Virus record (IMG/VR): IMGVR_UViG_3300043172_001414
From: a virus
Lineage: Duplodnaviria > Heunggongvirae > Uroviricota > Caudoviricetes
Strand: one strand, 5' to 3'
Length of the DNA stretch: 64,000 nucleotides
This document shows positions 17,317 to 25,706 of the stretch, in pieces. The notes beneath the pieces were generated by a model. The model was not told the DNA's origin, made no database searches, and saw only the letters and a program-made list of their open reading frames with translations. The position numbers and the translations under genes were made by a program. Position 1 is the stretch's first letter. Each line of letters begins with the position of its first letter.

Positions 17317-17791
17317 TCTTGATGATAGAAAAATTAATTTAAGATGGCTGCTAAGCCATCCTCGTGATTCAAAAGATGGGGTTCATTTTAACTTGTTGGT
17401 TGGCAACTACAAATACATGATGTTGAATGACAATCTTGTGCGGTACGATGCTAAAACTTATGAGGATAGGTCTAAGCAACGTTGGTATGGGTCGTCGTCT
17501 TCTTTCCATTATACATTTATGTTTAGTGCTGATGACTTAACTGCGGTTTCTGAGATATGTACGTCCACTAACATGGCTCTTATCCACAGACATAAATCTG
17601 ATGAAGTGAACCTATTCTCGAAGATTAAACTAAAGTTTTTCCCAAAACACGTTATACCATTTGATGTTAAAATTAAGCATAACTACCTAGTTGATAGTTA
17701 CGAAGACCTTATATCATCTATTAACATGTTCAGAGATCAGGGTGAAGAAAAAGACATTGACAAATTTTTTAACTACAAGAAGGGTAAATGA
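17309..17791 (+). CDS. small paralog family member 6
   Basis: MANLDDRKINL...LLVGNYKY...SEICTSTNMALIHRHKSDEVNLFSKIKLKFF. Confidence 0.8.
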   Translation: MANLDDRKINLRWLLSHPRDSKDGVHFNLLVGNYKYMMLNDNLVRYDAKTYEDRSKQRWYGSSSSFHYTFMFSADDLTAVSEICTSTNMALIHRHKSDEVNLFSKIKLKFFPKHVIPFDVKIKHNYLVDSYEDLISSINMFRDQGEEKDIDKFFNYKKGK

Positions 17792-18276
17792 AGTATATTA
17801 AAGGAGACCTCGTAAAAGATGCACTTCAGTTTGATGCTATTACACATGGCTGTAACTGCTTCTGTAACATGGGGTCTGGTATTGCGCCACAGATTAAAGA
17901 AAGTTTCCCTGAAGCCTGGGAAAAGGATAAAGCAACTATTAAGGGTGATAGAAGTAAGTTGGGTACGATTACATACACTATGAAAACTAAGCCAACAGTT
18001 ATAAACTCTTACACACAGTTTGGTTGTAACAGGCAAAACATAAACATTGACTACGATGCTGTTCGTGGTGCAATGAGATGTATTAAAAAGTTGTTCTCTG
18101 GCAAGAAGATTGGCATGCCTAAAATAGGTGCTGGTCTTGCAAGAGGTGACTGGGAAATTATAGAACTAATTATTAATGAAGAACTAGGAGGAGAAGATGT
18201 TACCGTTGTCATATGGGACAAGAATGCCACACTGGTTGAAGCAGAAACATTACTTGGAGGAAAAACTAATGACTAA
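17788..18276 (+). CDS. macrodomain ADP-ribosyl hydrolase (Appr-1-p processing; T4 Tk.4-like)
   Basis: KGDL, HGCNCFCNMGSGIA, INSYTQ, MPKIGAGLARGDW. Confidence 0.9.
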   Translation: MKYIKGDLVKDALQFDAITHGCNCFCNMGSGIAPQIKESFPEAWEKDKATIKGDRSKLGTITYTMKTKPTVINSYTQFGCNRQNINIDYDAVRGAMRCIKKLFSGKKIGMPKIGAGLARGDWEIIELIINEELGGEDVTVVIWDKNATLVEAETLLGGKTND

Positions 18277-18751
18277 GCCTAACAATTTTCATTTCTTTTA
18301 CGGTGGCCCTTTTAGCCAGTGGTTCAAATCAGAATTTGTCGTTGATGGAGTTACATACTTAACTGCAGAGCAATACATGATGGCAGGTAAGGCACGGGTC
18401 TTTAATGATGACGAACGACTCGCTATGATACTCGAAGCTAAAAATCCATGGGATCAAAAAATGCATGGTCGTATGGTTGAAGGCTTTAATGATGCTGAGT
18501 GGAATAAGCACCGCATTAAAATTGTTATCGATGCGAACATAGCTAAGTTCGGTCAGAACGAGCAACTAAAAAAGTATATGTTTGATACTGGTGATAAAGA
18601 ACTTGTTGAAGCTTCCCCTGTTGATAAGATTTGGGGTATCGGTTTGGATGAGCATGACCCGAAAAGATTTGACCGGAAAAACTGGAAGGGAAAAAATCTA
18701 TTGGGTATATGTCTGATGGATGTTCGTAAAAAGTTTATGGATGAAAAGTAA
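18269..18751 (+). CDS. NADAR (YbiA-like) family hydrolase
   Basis: GPFSQWF, AEQYMMAGKA, LVEASPVDKIWGIG, GKNLLGICLM; ATG at 18269. Confidence 0.92.
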   Translation: MTKPNNFHFFYGGPFSQWFKSEFVVDGVTYLTAEQYMMAGKARVFNDDERLAMILEAKNPWDQKMHGRMVEGFNDAEWNKHRIKIVIDANIAKFGQNEQLKKYMFDTGDKELVEASPVDKIWGIGLDEHDPKRFDRKNWKGKNLLGICLMDVRKKFMDEK

Positions 18752-19446
18752 TGAGGATCTATTCCAAGTTTACTGATTACTACGACTCCGTCTTGAACAT
18801 GTTTCAAGACGAGGTTGTGCCAGTGTATGAACGTAAAACTGAAATAATTGAAAATGCTCTACATAAGTTGGAAATATTCACATGGGATGATCACTGTATA
18901 TATTGGGATGATTGGAATAAATCCAATACTATTCATGAGATTGAAGCTATCGGTTTTGCCGGAGTGATATATCCTTATGTGAAAGTAGTGTCTTCAAATT
19001 ATCATACTAAAGATCGGTATATATTTGATTCTGATGAAATGGATATATTCTTTGCTGAATACTCAAAGGAGGGTAGGCGACATCATATTAGAGATAATTA
19101 TTCATATAAAAATGCATATGAGAAGATGCGCAATAATAAGTTTCTTCAATCATTATTTTTAAAATATAAAGTGCCTATCTTTAGGGTAATTCATGATCAT
19201 TATTGGCGTGATTCCAAATATGGATTAGAAGTTAATCCTGAGTTGAAACCTTTAGATTTCGTTAGAGTTCTAGATCCATATACTGCAATGCAAGAGCTGC
19301 ATATGTATCTTAATAATGAGTTGGCGTTGGAGTCACAAGGGACAGTTCCTGTTGGATCTGATGAAGTCATACGAGATTCTAAGGGGTTCTATGATTACTC
19401 TTTTAAAACGTTACCTGGCGGCAAAAAACGGAGGAAAAACAAATGA
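18751..19446 (+). CDS. conserved phage hypothetical protein
   Basis: SKFTDYYD start; DPYTAMQELHMYL and KGFYDYSFK motifs. Confidence 0.75.
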   Translation: MRIYSKFTDYYDSVLNMFQDEVVPVYERKTEIIENALHKLEIFTWDDHCIYWDDWNKSNTIHEIEAIGFAGVIYPYVKVVSSNYHTKDRYIFDSDEMDIFFAEYSKEGRRHHIRDNYSYKNAYEKMRNNKFLQSLFLKYKVPIFRVIHDHYWRDSKYGLEVNPELKPLDFVRVLDPYTAMQELHMYLNNELALESQGTVPVGSDEVIRDSKGFYDYSFKTLPGGKKRRKNK

Positions 19447-19742
19447 GTGAAGAAATTACTGGTGGTTGTAACGAATGTGATTCTTATGAATGTTGCAATG
19501 ACAGATTTGTAAATCATAAACTTGTATATGATAGAGTGTGTAAAGATGGTAATGATAGAATGTTAGAGATATGGTGGGATGAAAATGGCATTCGTAAATC
19601 AGACGAAGAAAAAACTAAAATGGGTTGTTTTAAGCCTACCAAAGGTCGAGAGCTTTTGCAGCAAATGCATGAAACGTTAGATGATTTGAAAAAGCTTTAT
19701 CCACACCGAATAAAAATGTATGACAAAGAAAAAGATAGTTAA
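19443..19742 (+). CDS. Cys-containing hypothetical protein
   Basis: GCNECDSYECC. Confidence 0.65.
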   Translation: MSEEITGGCNECDSYECCNDRFVNHKLVYDRVCKDGNDRMLEIWWDENGIRKSDEEKTKMGCFKPTKGRELLQQMHETLDDLKKLYPHRIKMYDKEKDS

Positions 19743-20070
19743 ACTTAAGTTTTTACACGATAACGGCATCAATGTATTTCATGACAATCACTACTTCAGA
19801 TTATTAATAGATAACGTATTATATGATTACCATAAAGGAAATGTAACTCGTCGTCCATCTATGACTGTTCATGACAATCAATGGTCTGTAAGAAGGTCTC
19901 ATACATTTTCATTCTCAGAGGCTAAGTTAGATATAGTTAAAAAGATTTGTGAGCACTCACGATATGCTGTTCTTCATTCACGAGATAATGATAATAAGAT
20001 AGTGGATTTCTGTGAGTGCAAACTAAAGTGTTTTCCCAATACGGAGATAATATTTGATGGCAAAGCTTGA
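19720..20070 (+). CDS. small paralog family member 7
   Basis: KKICEHSRYAVLHSRDNDNKIVDFCECKLKCF. Confidence 0.8.
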   Translation: MTKKKIVKLKFLHDNGINVFHDNHYFRLLIDNVLYDYHKGNVTRRPSMTVHDNQWSVRRSHTFSFSEAKLDIVKKICEHSRYAVLHSRDNDNKIVDFCECKLKCFPNTEIIFDGKA

Positions 20071-20440
20071 TAAAAGAAAAGTACGGGTACATCGTTTACA
20101 TGGGTATGCGTATAGAGGTAACATATACTCTAGGATGACATACTACAGTTTACGTATCGGCAATTATAGTTATGTTTTAACTGATAAATATGAGCTGGTA
20201 AAGCTTAGTGGAATTAGAGTAAGTAAAGGGTTGTTATATAATCCTGTGCGTGCTACGTATGGGTGTACGCCTTATTGGTTTGCTTTTGAGATACATTTAG
20301 ATAAGGTTAAAATGGCAGAAGAGATATTGAAGGATAGGAACAAGGCTATGCTGCTATCAAGAGAAGAAGGTCTCGAAGCGATTTGTGCAATCAAACTAAA
20401 GTATTTTGCAGATAAAGAAGTAGAATTTAAAACCTGGTAA
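20057..20440 (+). CDS. small paralog family member 8
   Basis: MAKLDKRKV...LRIGNYSY...EEILKDRNKAMLLSREEGLEAICAIKLKYF. Confidence 0.8.
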   Translation: MAKLDKRKVRVHRLHGYAYRGNIYSRMTYYSLRIGNYSYVLTDKYELVKLSGIRVSKGLLYNPVRATYGCTPYWFAFEIHLDKVKMAEEILKDRNKAMLLSREEGLEAICAIKLKYFADKEVEFKTW

Positions 20441-20443
20441 TGT

Positions 20444-20869
20444 ATGGCAAAGTTAGATAAAAGAAAAGTAGTGCTCAAATACTTATACGGAAATATATTT
20501 AACACTCATTTTGAAGGTAAACCGTCTGGTTATAGTAATAGTAGTATGAACTTTAGTTTGTTGATTGGTAATTATAAGTATGGGTTGACTGATAAAATTA
20601 CTTTAGTTAGATCAGGTGAAGATGGTGATAGGCATGCGTGGGCGTTGCGTTATAGTGGAGACTATTACTATACACTTGGTATACCTCAAAATCAATTGAG
20701 TAAGCTGAAGGATATTTGTAGTAGCAAGGGATGTGCGTTGAATTACTCTCGTATTGACGGCCTTGAAGAAATATGCCAACTAAAACTAAAGTATTTCTCT
20801 GAAAAAGAAATACATATTAATTTTACACGTTGGAAAGAATGGGATACTTGGACAGGAGATAAAAAATAA
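20444..20869 (+). CDS. small paralog family member 9
   Basis: MAKLDKRKV...LLIGNYKY...KDICSSKGCALNYSRIDGLEEICQLKLKYF. Confidence 0.8.
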   Translation: MAKLDKRKVVLKYLYGNIFNTHFEGKPSGYSNSSMNFSLLIGNYKYGLTDKITLVRSGEDGDRHAWALRYSGDYYYTLGIPQNQLSKLKDICSSKGCALNYSRIDGLEEICQLKLKYFSEKEIHINFTRWKEWDTWTGDKK

Positions 20870-21009
20870 TGTGTATAATCACAAACGAAAATCACATAGT
20901 GATTTCCATAAGTTTAATACCTGGCATTCATTACATACCAGATAATTTTCATGTCTATTGGCCGTGGGATAAAGAAATACCATCTGAAGGTGATTACTTT
21001 AATCCTTAG
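20869..21009 (+). CDS. 46-aa hypothetical (not in ORF track)
   Basis: TAATG overlap with upstream stop; MCIITNENHIVISISLIPGIHYIPDNFHVYWPWDKEIPSEGDYFNP. Confidence 0.45.
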   Translation: MCIITNENHIVISISLIPGIHYIPDNFHVYWPWDKEIPSEGDYFNP

Positions 21010-21326
21010 CTGTTCTTGAAGTTCTTATCGCTGATAGATTTGTCTGTAAGTCCGTGAGCGTGGTTATTGGCTGGCAATACTGCCCATCCTCTAACTTCAT
21101 GGTAGTGGGTATCTTTTCCGCTTACGTTACCGAAGCTATCTGTTTTACCGTTACCGTTCTCATCTAGATTAAATCCATGTGCGTGTGCATCGTGACCAGA
21201 CCATGTATTCTCATCGACTGCATTATAAGAAGTTCTCCCCACTCGTGGGTATGGTGATGCTTCTAGTTTGCTTTGTCTATCATTAAGAACGGCCATGCCT
21301 TCATAAAAAAATTGTCTAAAACTCAT
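21006..21326 (-). CDS. His-rich (HxH repeat) probable capsid-internal protein
   Basis: starts MSFRQFFYE; HAH, HYH and HAH motifs; GGAGGA RBS. Confidence 0.65.
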   Translation of the reverse strand: MSFRQFFYEGMAVLNDRQSKLEASPYPRVGRTSYNAVDENTWSGHDAHAHGFNLDENGNGKTDSFGNVSGKDTHYHEVRGWAVLPANNHAHGLTDKSISDKNFKNS

Positions 21327-21368
21327 ATTAAATTATCCTCCCGAATTATTCAATCAATCTGTTACTAT

Positions 21369-21623
21369 TTATATCTCTTTTAGTTTTACTTGATGGTCGT
21401 GAGCCTCAAGGAAGTGACAAAGTAGATCTGCATGTAGGAATTGCCCTACGTCATGTTCAGCTAAAACTTTGCCTTGGTTGGATTTTAACTTAATTCCACC
21501 ATCACATTCACTATATTCAACTACTAAGAATTTTTTCTTACGACCTGCTTTGAGTGCTATGTCTGGGAAGTTTCCCAATTCTTCTAGTAATCTTTTCTCA
21601 TTTAAAAATTCAAAAAAACTCAT
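21369..21623 (-). CDS. probable capsid-internal protein
   Basis: starts MSFFEFLNE. Confidence 0.6.
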   Translation of the reverse strand: MSFFEFLNEKRLLEELGNFPDIALKAGRKKKFLVVEYSECDGGIKLKSNQGKVLAEHDVGQFLHADLLCHFLEAHDHQVKLKEI

Positions 21624-21632
21624 TCAATACTC

Positions 21633-22151
21633 CTATAAAAATTTCTTTCTGTAATTGCTTAATATCGTAGGTGTTGATCCTTTGATAACACCCATGCTAT
21701 TTACCAGATGCTTGCATAGTTTTCCATACTGAGGTGGTGGTGGATTTGTTACATTTGGTGGTGTCGATTGCCCAGATCCATAATTCCAACTATCTTGTGT
21801 TGCATAATATTCGAGCCTGTAACGATAATCTGGACACGTACAATGCGCCAAAACGTCACCATTAAATGATGCTCTCACTTCATCTAGTGATGCTCGCAGT
21901 CCAGGTAAATTTACTGGTTGAATATATTGAGTCCAACGGCTTACGCCTGGTGTAGTTACTGCAGTAGAGGTATACATAACCGTCCAATTAGCTGATACAT
22001 TCTCAAAAAATGAACCCACTGGGCCAGATCTTTTCTTTCTTCCAGAATCTGTAGATGAACGCAGATCTGCAACAGTTTCTTCGTCCATCTGAAGTGCTTC
22101 AGAGAGATTAACTATTACTGGGTCTATGCTATAAAAATCTTTAAAGTTCAC
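21633..22151 (-). CDS. SWIM-type zinc-finger protein
   Basis: HCTCPDYRY...LCKHL; starts MNFKDFY. Confidence 0.75.
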   Translation of the reverse strand: MNFKDFYSIDPVIVNLSEALQMDEETVADLRSSTDSGRKKRSGPVGSFFENVSANWTVMYTSTAVTTPGVSRWTQYIQPVNLPGLRASLDEVRASFNGDVLAHCTCPDYRYRLEYYATQDSWNYGSGQSTPPNVTNPPPPQYGKLCKHLVNSMGVIKGSTPTILSNYRKKFL

Positions 22152-22153
22152 AG

Positions 22154-22333
22154 TTACTCGCCCCCACCGCCACCATCACCACCACCATCGCTACCACTAT
22201 CACCTTCACCATTGCCGTTACCATTCTCTTTACTAGATGTGGCAGGGTGTCTAATGACGTGAGCAAATCCAAAGCGTGTACCACTGGTTTTTGGTGATTT
22301 AGTTTCAACGTAAAAAAATTGTCTAAATCCCAT
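22154..22333 (-). CDS. Gly-rich small probable capsid-internal protein
   Basis: starts MGFRQFFYVE at 22333 (GGAG RBS); GNGNGEGDSGSDGGGDGGGGGE tail. Confidence 0.6.
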   Translation of the reverse strand: MGFRQFFYVETKSPKTSGTRFGFAHVIRHPATSSKENGNGNGEGDSGSDGGGDGGGGGE

Positions 22334-22829
22334 AGTATACTCCTGAGAAAGATTCTCTCTTGGTGTCGCTTGGCTTAGTACCACCACCACCTGTTAAGCG
22401 TTTTTGTCTTTCTTTATCTTCTTTTTCTTTATCTCTTTTCTTCTTAAGTAGCTCATCTTGCTTCTTTTCTGAAGAAGTCTTATGGATGATCTCAGATCGT
22501 TTGATTGATGCAGCTCTTTTTTCTTGTGCCGGATCTTGCTTAACTTTTCTTAGTCTTGCAGCTCGTTTCTGTGAAATTTCTCTTGCTTTTCTTTCTTTGG
22601 GTGGAATTAAAACTTCTTTCGGTACGCCTTCTTTGTTTACTAAAACTTTGAATCCAGCCTTACTCGTTTGAAATTTAAACTTTCTTTTACCACCTCTAAC
22701 AACTCTCTGTTTAATGATTCTCTCATCCATTTGTGACAGATCATAATTCTGAATGTCGTCTTCATTGATAAAAACACAATTTTCATCGTTCTCAAGTAAT
22801 GTTTTTATGTATTCGTTAAAATAAGGCAT
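22323..22829 (-). CDS. basic prohead-core protein (T4 gp68-like)
   Basis: ERIIKQRVVRGGK...KRAARLRK...KRAASIKRS resembles the basic half of gp68; first gene after a late promoter. Confidence 0.5.
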   Translation of the reverse strand: MPYFNEYIKTLLENDENCVFINEDDIQNYDLSQMDERIIKQRVVRGGKRKFKFQTSKAGFKVLVNKEGVPKEVLIPPKERKAREISQKRAARLRKVKQDPAQEKRAASIKRSEIIHKTSSEKKQDELLKKKRDKEKEDKERQKRLTGGGGTKPSDTKRESFSGVYYGI

Positions 22830-22851
22830 TCGTCCCTCCGCTTTATTCTAT

Positions 22852-22859
22852 TATTTATA
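22852..22859 (-). promoter_or_regulatory. T4-type late promoter
   Basis: TATAAATA heading the 22829-21006 operon. Confidence 0.8.
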
Positions 22860-22999
22860 AATTCTCATCATCGTGTGAAAAATCTAATTCTTCTGTCTCT
22901 TCTTCCGGTTCTTCACCAAATATATTATCGTATTTTGGTATTCCCATACCGTCTTCTAAACCATTCTCGTCGTCGTCAAATAAGCCATAACTTTTCATG

Positions 23000-23392
23000 C
23001 TACCTCGCAAATTTTAGTGATTTAATGTTGAATTTATGTGATATTTCCCAGTTTACTTTTTCTTCAAATGGGAGAACGAATATAAATTTGTTGTGGGGTT
23101 CGATGCTTTCGTTTATTATTTTAATAAGGCCCCAACTTTCTAAGCAGAAAGCTATACTGTTTAGTCTCTCTATGTCTTCGCTTGATACATTTGGATACGC
23201 ATCTTTACGGGATAGAAGGAACAGTTGTTTGAAATGTGCCAGGTACATCTTATCGAAGTTTCCATAAATGTACGCTGTCGGGTATAATATTTTATCTTTC
23301 TTGTTGGCGATACCCATTCTGCCTAGAGTTTCTTTGATGATCTTAAGATCAGTCAAAGGTTCAAACTCTATCAAATTATCTATAGTTTCCAT
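23000..23392 (-). CDS. regA: RegA translational repressor
   Basis: IKETLGRMGIANKKDKILY, YLAHFKQL, SIAFCLESWGLI match T4 RegA; GAGGA RBS before ATG 23392. Confidence 0.9.
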   Translation of the reverse strand: METIDNLIEFEPLTDLKIIKETLGRMGIANKKDKILYPTAYIYGNFDKMYLAHFKQLFLLSRKDAYPNVSSEDIERLNSIAFCLESWGLIKIINESIEPHNKFIFVLPFEEKVNWEISHKFNIKSLKFAR

Positions 23393-23418
23393 ATAGTCCT
23401 CTTCAATCAATTTTTTAA

Positions 23419-23426
23419 TATTTATA
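23419..23426 (-). promoter_or_regulatory. T4-type late promoter
   Basis: TATAAATA upstream of regA. Confidence 0.65.
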
Positions 23427-23439
23427 AAATTTTCACATT

Positions 23440-23964
23440 TTAATCGTTCTCTCTAAACAATATCTGCTCGTATTGAAATGACGCATTAAATGTTACTTGT
23501 TCTGACAGTCCCATAATTAAATTGAGTGAATTAAGGGATGTAATATATGCTTCTGTAAAGTCCAGGCTTTTTTTAACTCTGCCTTGATTATCCAGTAGTT
23601 CCAGGGCGATTGTTTTTATATTATTAAGTCTAAAAACATCGTTTGGTTGTGATGGTGTGTTCTCAGTGTACAGGTATCTCTCTTGTTGCATGAAATTAAA
23701 GAACGTGAAGTAGTTCTCGAAATCTTCATCTAACACAAATTCTATGATGAGCTGATTGAGATTTTCATTCGCTCTAGATATAGGATGTCTTATCTGAAAA
23801 TTAAAGATGTCAGAGTTAACTAACTCTTCGTTAATATCTGATACAATGATTGATTTGACATATAAATCAAATAGTCTAGTGTCTACCTTCTTGTCACCGA
23901 CAGTAGGTATGTTGCTAAATCTTAATTGAAACTTGTCGGAACTAAAAGCGTTAGGGAAACCCAT
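23440..23964 (-). CDS. gp3: tail-tube terminator (T4 gp3-like)
   Basis: NAFSSDKFQLRF, LIIEFVLDEDFENY, FTEAYITSL, TFNASFQYE: tube-fold pattern. Confidence 0.7.
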   Translation of the reverse strand: MGFPNAFSSDKFQLRFSNIPTVGDKKVDTRLFDLYVKSIIVSDINEELVNSDIFNFQIRHPISRANENLNQLIIEFVLDEDFENYFTFFNFMQQERYLYTENTPSQPNDVFRLNNIKTIALELLDNQGRVKKSLDFTEAYITSLNSLNLIMGLSEQVTFNASFQYEQILFREND

Positions 23965-23991
23965 ATACAAACACTCCAAAATGGTTTGAAG

Positions 23992-23999
23992 TATTTATA
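23992..23999 (-). promoter_or_regulatory. T4-type late promoter
   Basis: TATAAATA upstream of gp3-like gene. Confidence 0.75.
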
Positions 24000-24016
24000 T
24001 TATGGGTTTACTTTAG

Positions 24017-24805
24017 TTATTCGCCTCTTAAACGGTCGTTATATTTGTTCATGAATTCGCTAAGTTCGTGGTTATGTTCATGAAAAAATGCGTTTACGTC
24101 TTTCGGGAAGCATGCACCACCGTATCCTAGCTTACCATCTGAGGCTACGTTAGCCATCTCATGAGTATTACCAGTGAGTTTAGAGTACACATCAAAGATT
24201 TTGCGGTGATTTCCAGTGACTTCATATACCATATTCCAGAACAATACCTTATATGCGTGGTAGTTGTTATGTAAATACTTAATATTAATAGATTCTTCAA
24301 TAGAGCACATCTCAAATGATACATCTTTTTTGCCCATGCTATTCTGATAAAGTTTTTTTACTTTAGTTACCAGGTCAATTTCACCACCAAGTATAACTAC
24401 CTTCTCATTTTCCATGTCAGAGTATGCGGAATTCTGATTAAGAAACTCTGGATTCATAACTATGTTGAAATTATCAAGGTATGGTTTTATATTTGAGTAT
24501 AATACTGTACTTTTTACAATAACTATACCTTCATACCCTTCAATCTCTTTAAAGAATGTATGATATGCAGAGAAATCTTGTTTGCCATTTTTACCCATAG
24601 GGGTGGGTAGACATGCAAATATGTATGTACATTTTTTCAATATGGGCAGTTTATTGTCTAAATGTTTTTTATATTTGTCGTATACTACAATAAAATCTTT
24701 ATTATTAAAGGTATTGAATACAGCTGAGCCTACAAAACCCATACCTGCTATTCCATAACCATTCAAACCGCTAAAATCTAATCTTTTATAAATTGACATC
24801 ATCAA
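24017..24805 (-). CDS. ugd: UDP-glucose 6-dehydrogenase-like (no C-terminal UDP-binding domain)
   Basis: GMGFVG, CLPTP, KSTV, NPEFL, GYGGACFPKD. Confidence 0.88.
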   Translation of the reverse strand: MMMSIYKRLDFSGLNGYGIAGMGFVGSAVFNTFNNKDFIVVYDKYKKHLDNKLPILKKCTYIFACLPTPMGKNGKQDFSAYHTFFKEIEGYEGIVIVKSTVLYSNIKPYLDNFNIVMNPEFLNQNSAYSDMENEKVVILGGEIDLVTKVKKLYQNSMGKKDVSFEMCSIEESINIKYLHNNYHAYKVLFWNMVYEVTGNHRKIFDVYSKLTGNTHEMANVASDGKLGYGGACFPKDVNAFFHEHNHELSEFMNKYNDRLRGE

Positions 24806-25694
24806 TCTCCTTCATTTCAATCCAATTTTGTATATAATCTTCCATATTTTCTTCGGGGTAGAACCCCAACTCAGAGTGTGATTTCTTCAGGTCAGCTAAA
24901 GACGTTGCCTGTTCTCCCTTTCTCTTAGGTAAATATTCGATCACTATATCCTTTTTAGAGTACTTTTTGAAGAACATACCAACCTCATAGACCGATAAGT
25001 TCGACCCTCTACCCAAATTATATATCTGAGCTTTCATTTTCTCTCCATCTAGACTTGCAGCGAGCATCAATCCGGCACATATATCATTAACTGAAGTAAA
25101 ATCTCTCTTTTTTGACTTACAATCTTCAACTAAAGTAAGGGGCTTGTCTTCTAGGTATTGTTTTTGTAATATTCCTAATAGATTACCCATTTTTTCATCC
25201 TGGACGTTACGATTTCCGTATACATTATAGAAACGGGTTATAACTCCTGGAACATCGAAACATTTATAGTATGCTTCAACCATTTGTTCACCCATATATT
25301 TGGATGATGAATAAGGATTAATATGAGGATCGCCAAGTGCAGAACTAGAACCTGCGTATACAACCTTACACTTCAGTTTACGGGCCATTTCGAGTACCTT
25401 CTGCGTGCCTTCTATATTAACAGAACATGTCTCTACGGGTTCTTCGAAAGACGGCTGTATGCGTGCTAAGGCTGCTAAATGGACTATTACGTCTAGACCA
25501 TTGGGGAAAAAGAAATTTACATCTGGTTCGTCCCGAATATCTACTGAATATGTAGTTGCTTTGATGTTTGCTCTAATCTCGTCACCCCGTGACAAATTAT
25601 CCATTACATATACATCATTGTTAAGATCTTCACATAGTTTATCTACTAAGTTTGACCCTATAAAGCCTAAGCCACCTGTTACTAATATTTTCAT
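24786..25694 (-). CDS. NAD-dependent epimerase/dehydratase (extended SDR)
   Basis: TGGLGFIG, HLAA, YSSSK (YxxxK), RFYNVYG, RDF. Confidence 0.92.
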   Translation of the reverse strand: MKILVTGGLGFIGSNLVDKLCEDLNNDVYVMDNLSRGDEIRANIKATTYSVDIRDEPDVNFFFPNGLDVIVHLAALARIQPSFEEPVETCSVNIEGTQKVLEMARKLKCKVVYAGSSSALGDPHINPYSSSKYMGEQMVEAYYKCFDVPGVITRFYNVYGNRNVQDEKMGNLLGILQKQYLEDKPLTLVEDCKSKKRDFTSVNDICAGLMLAASLDGEKMKAQIYNLGRGSNLSVYEVGMFFKKYSKKDIVIEYLPKRKGEQATSLADLKKSHSELGFYPEENMEDYIQNWIEMKEIDDVNL

Positions 25695-25706
25695 ATATAC
25701 TCCTTG

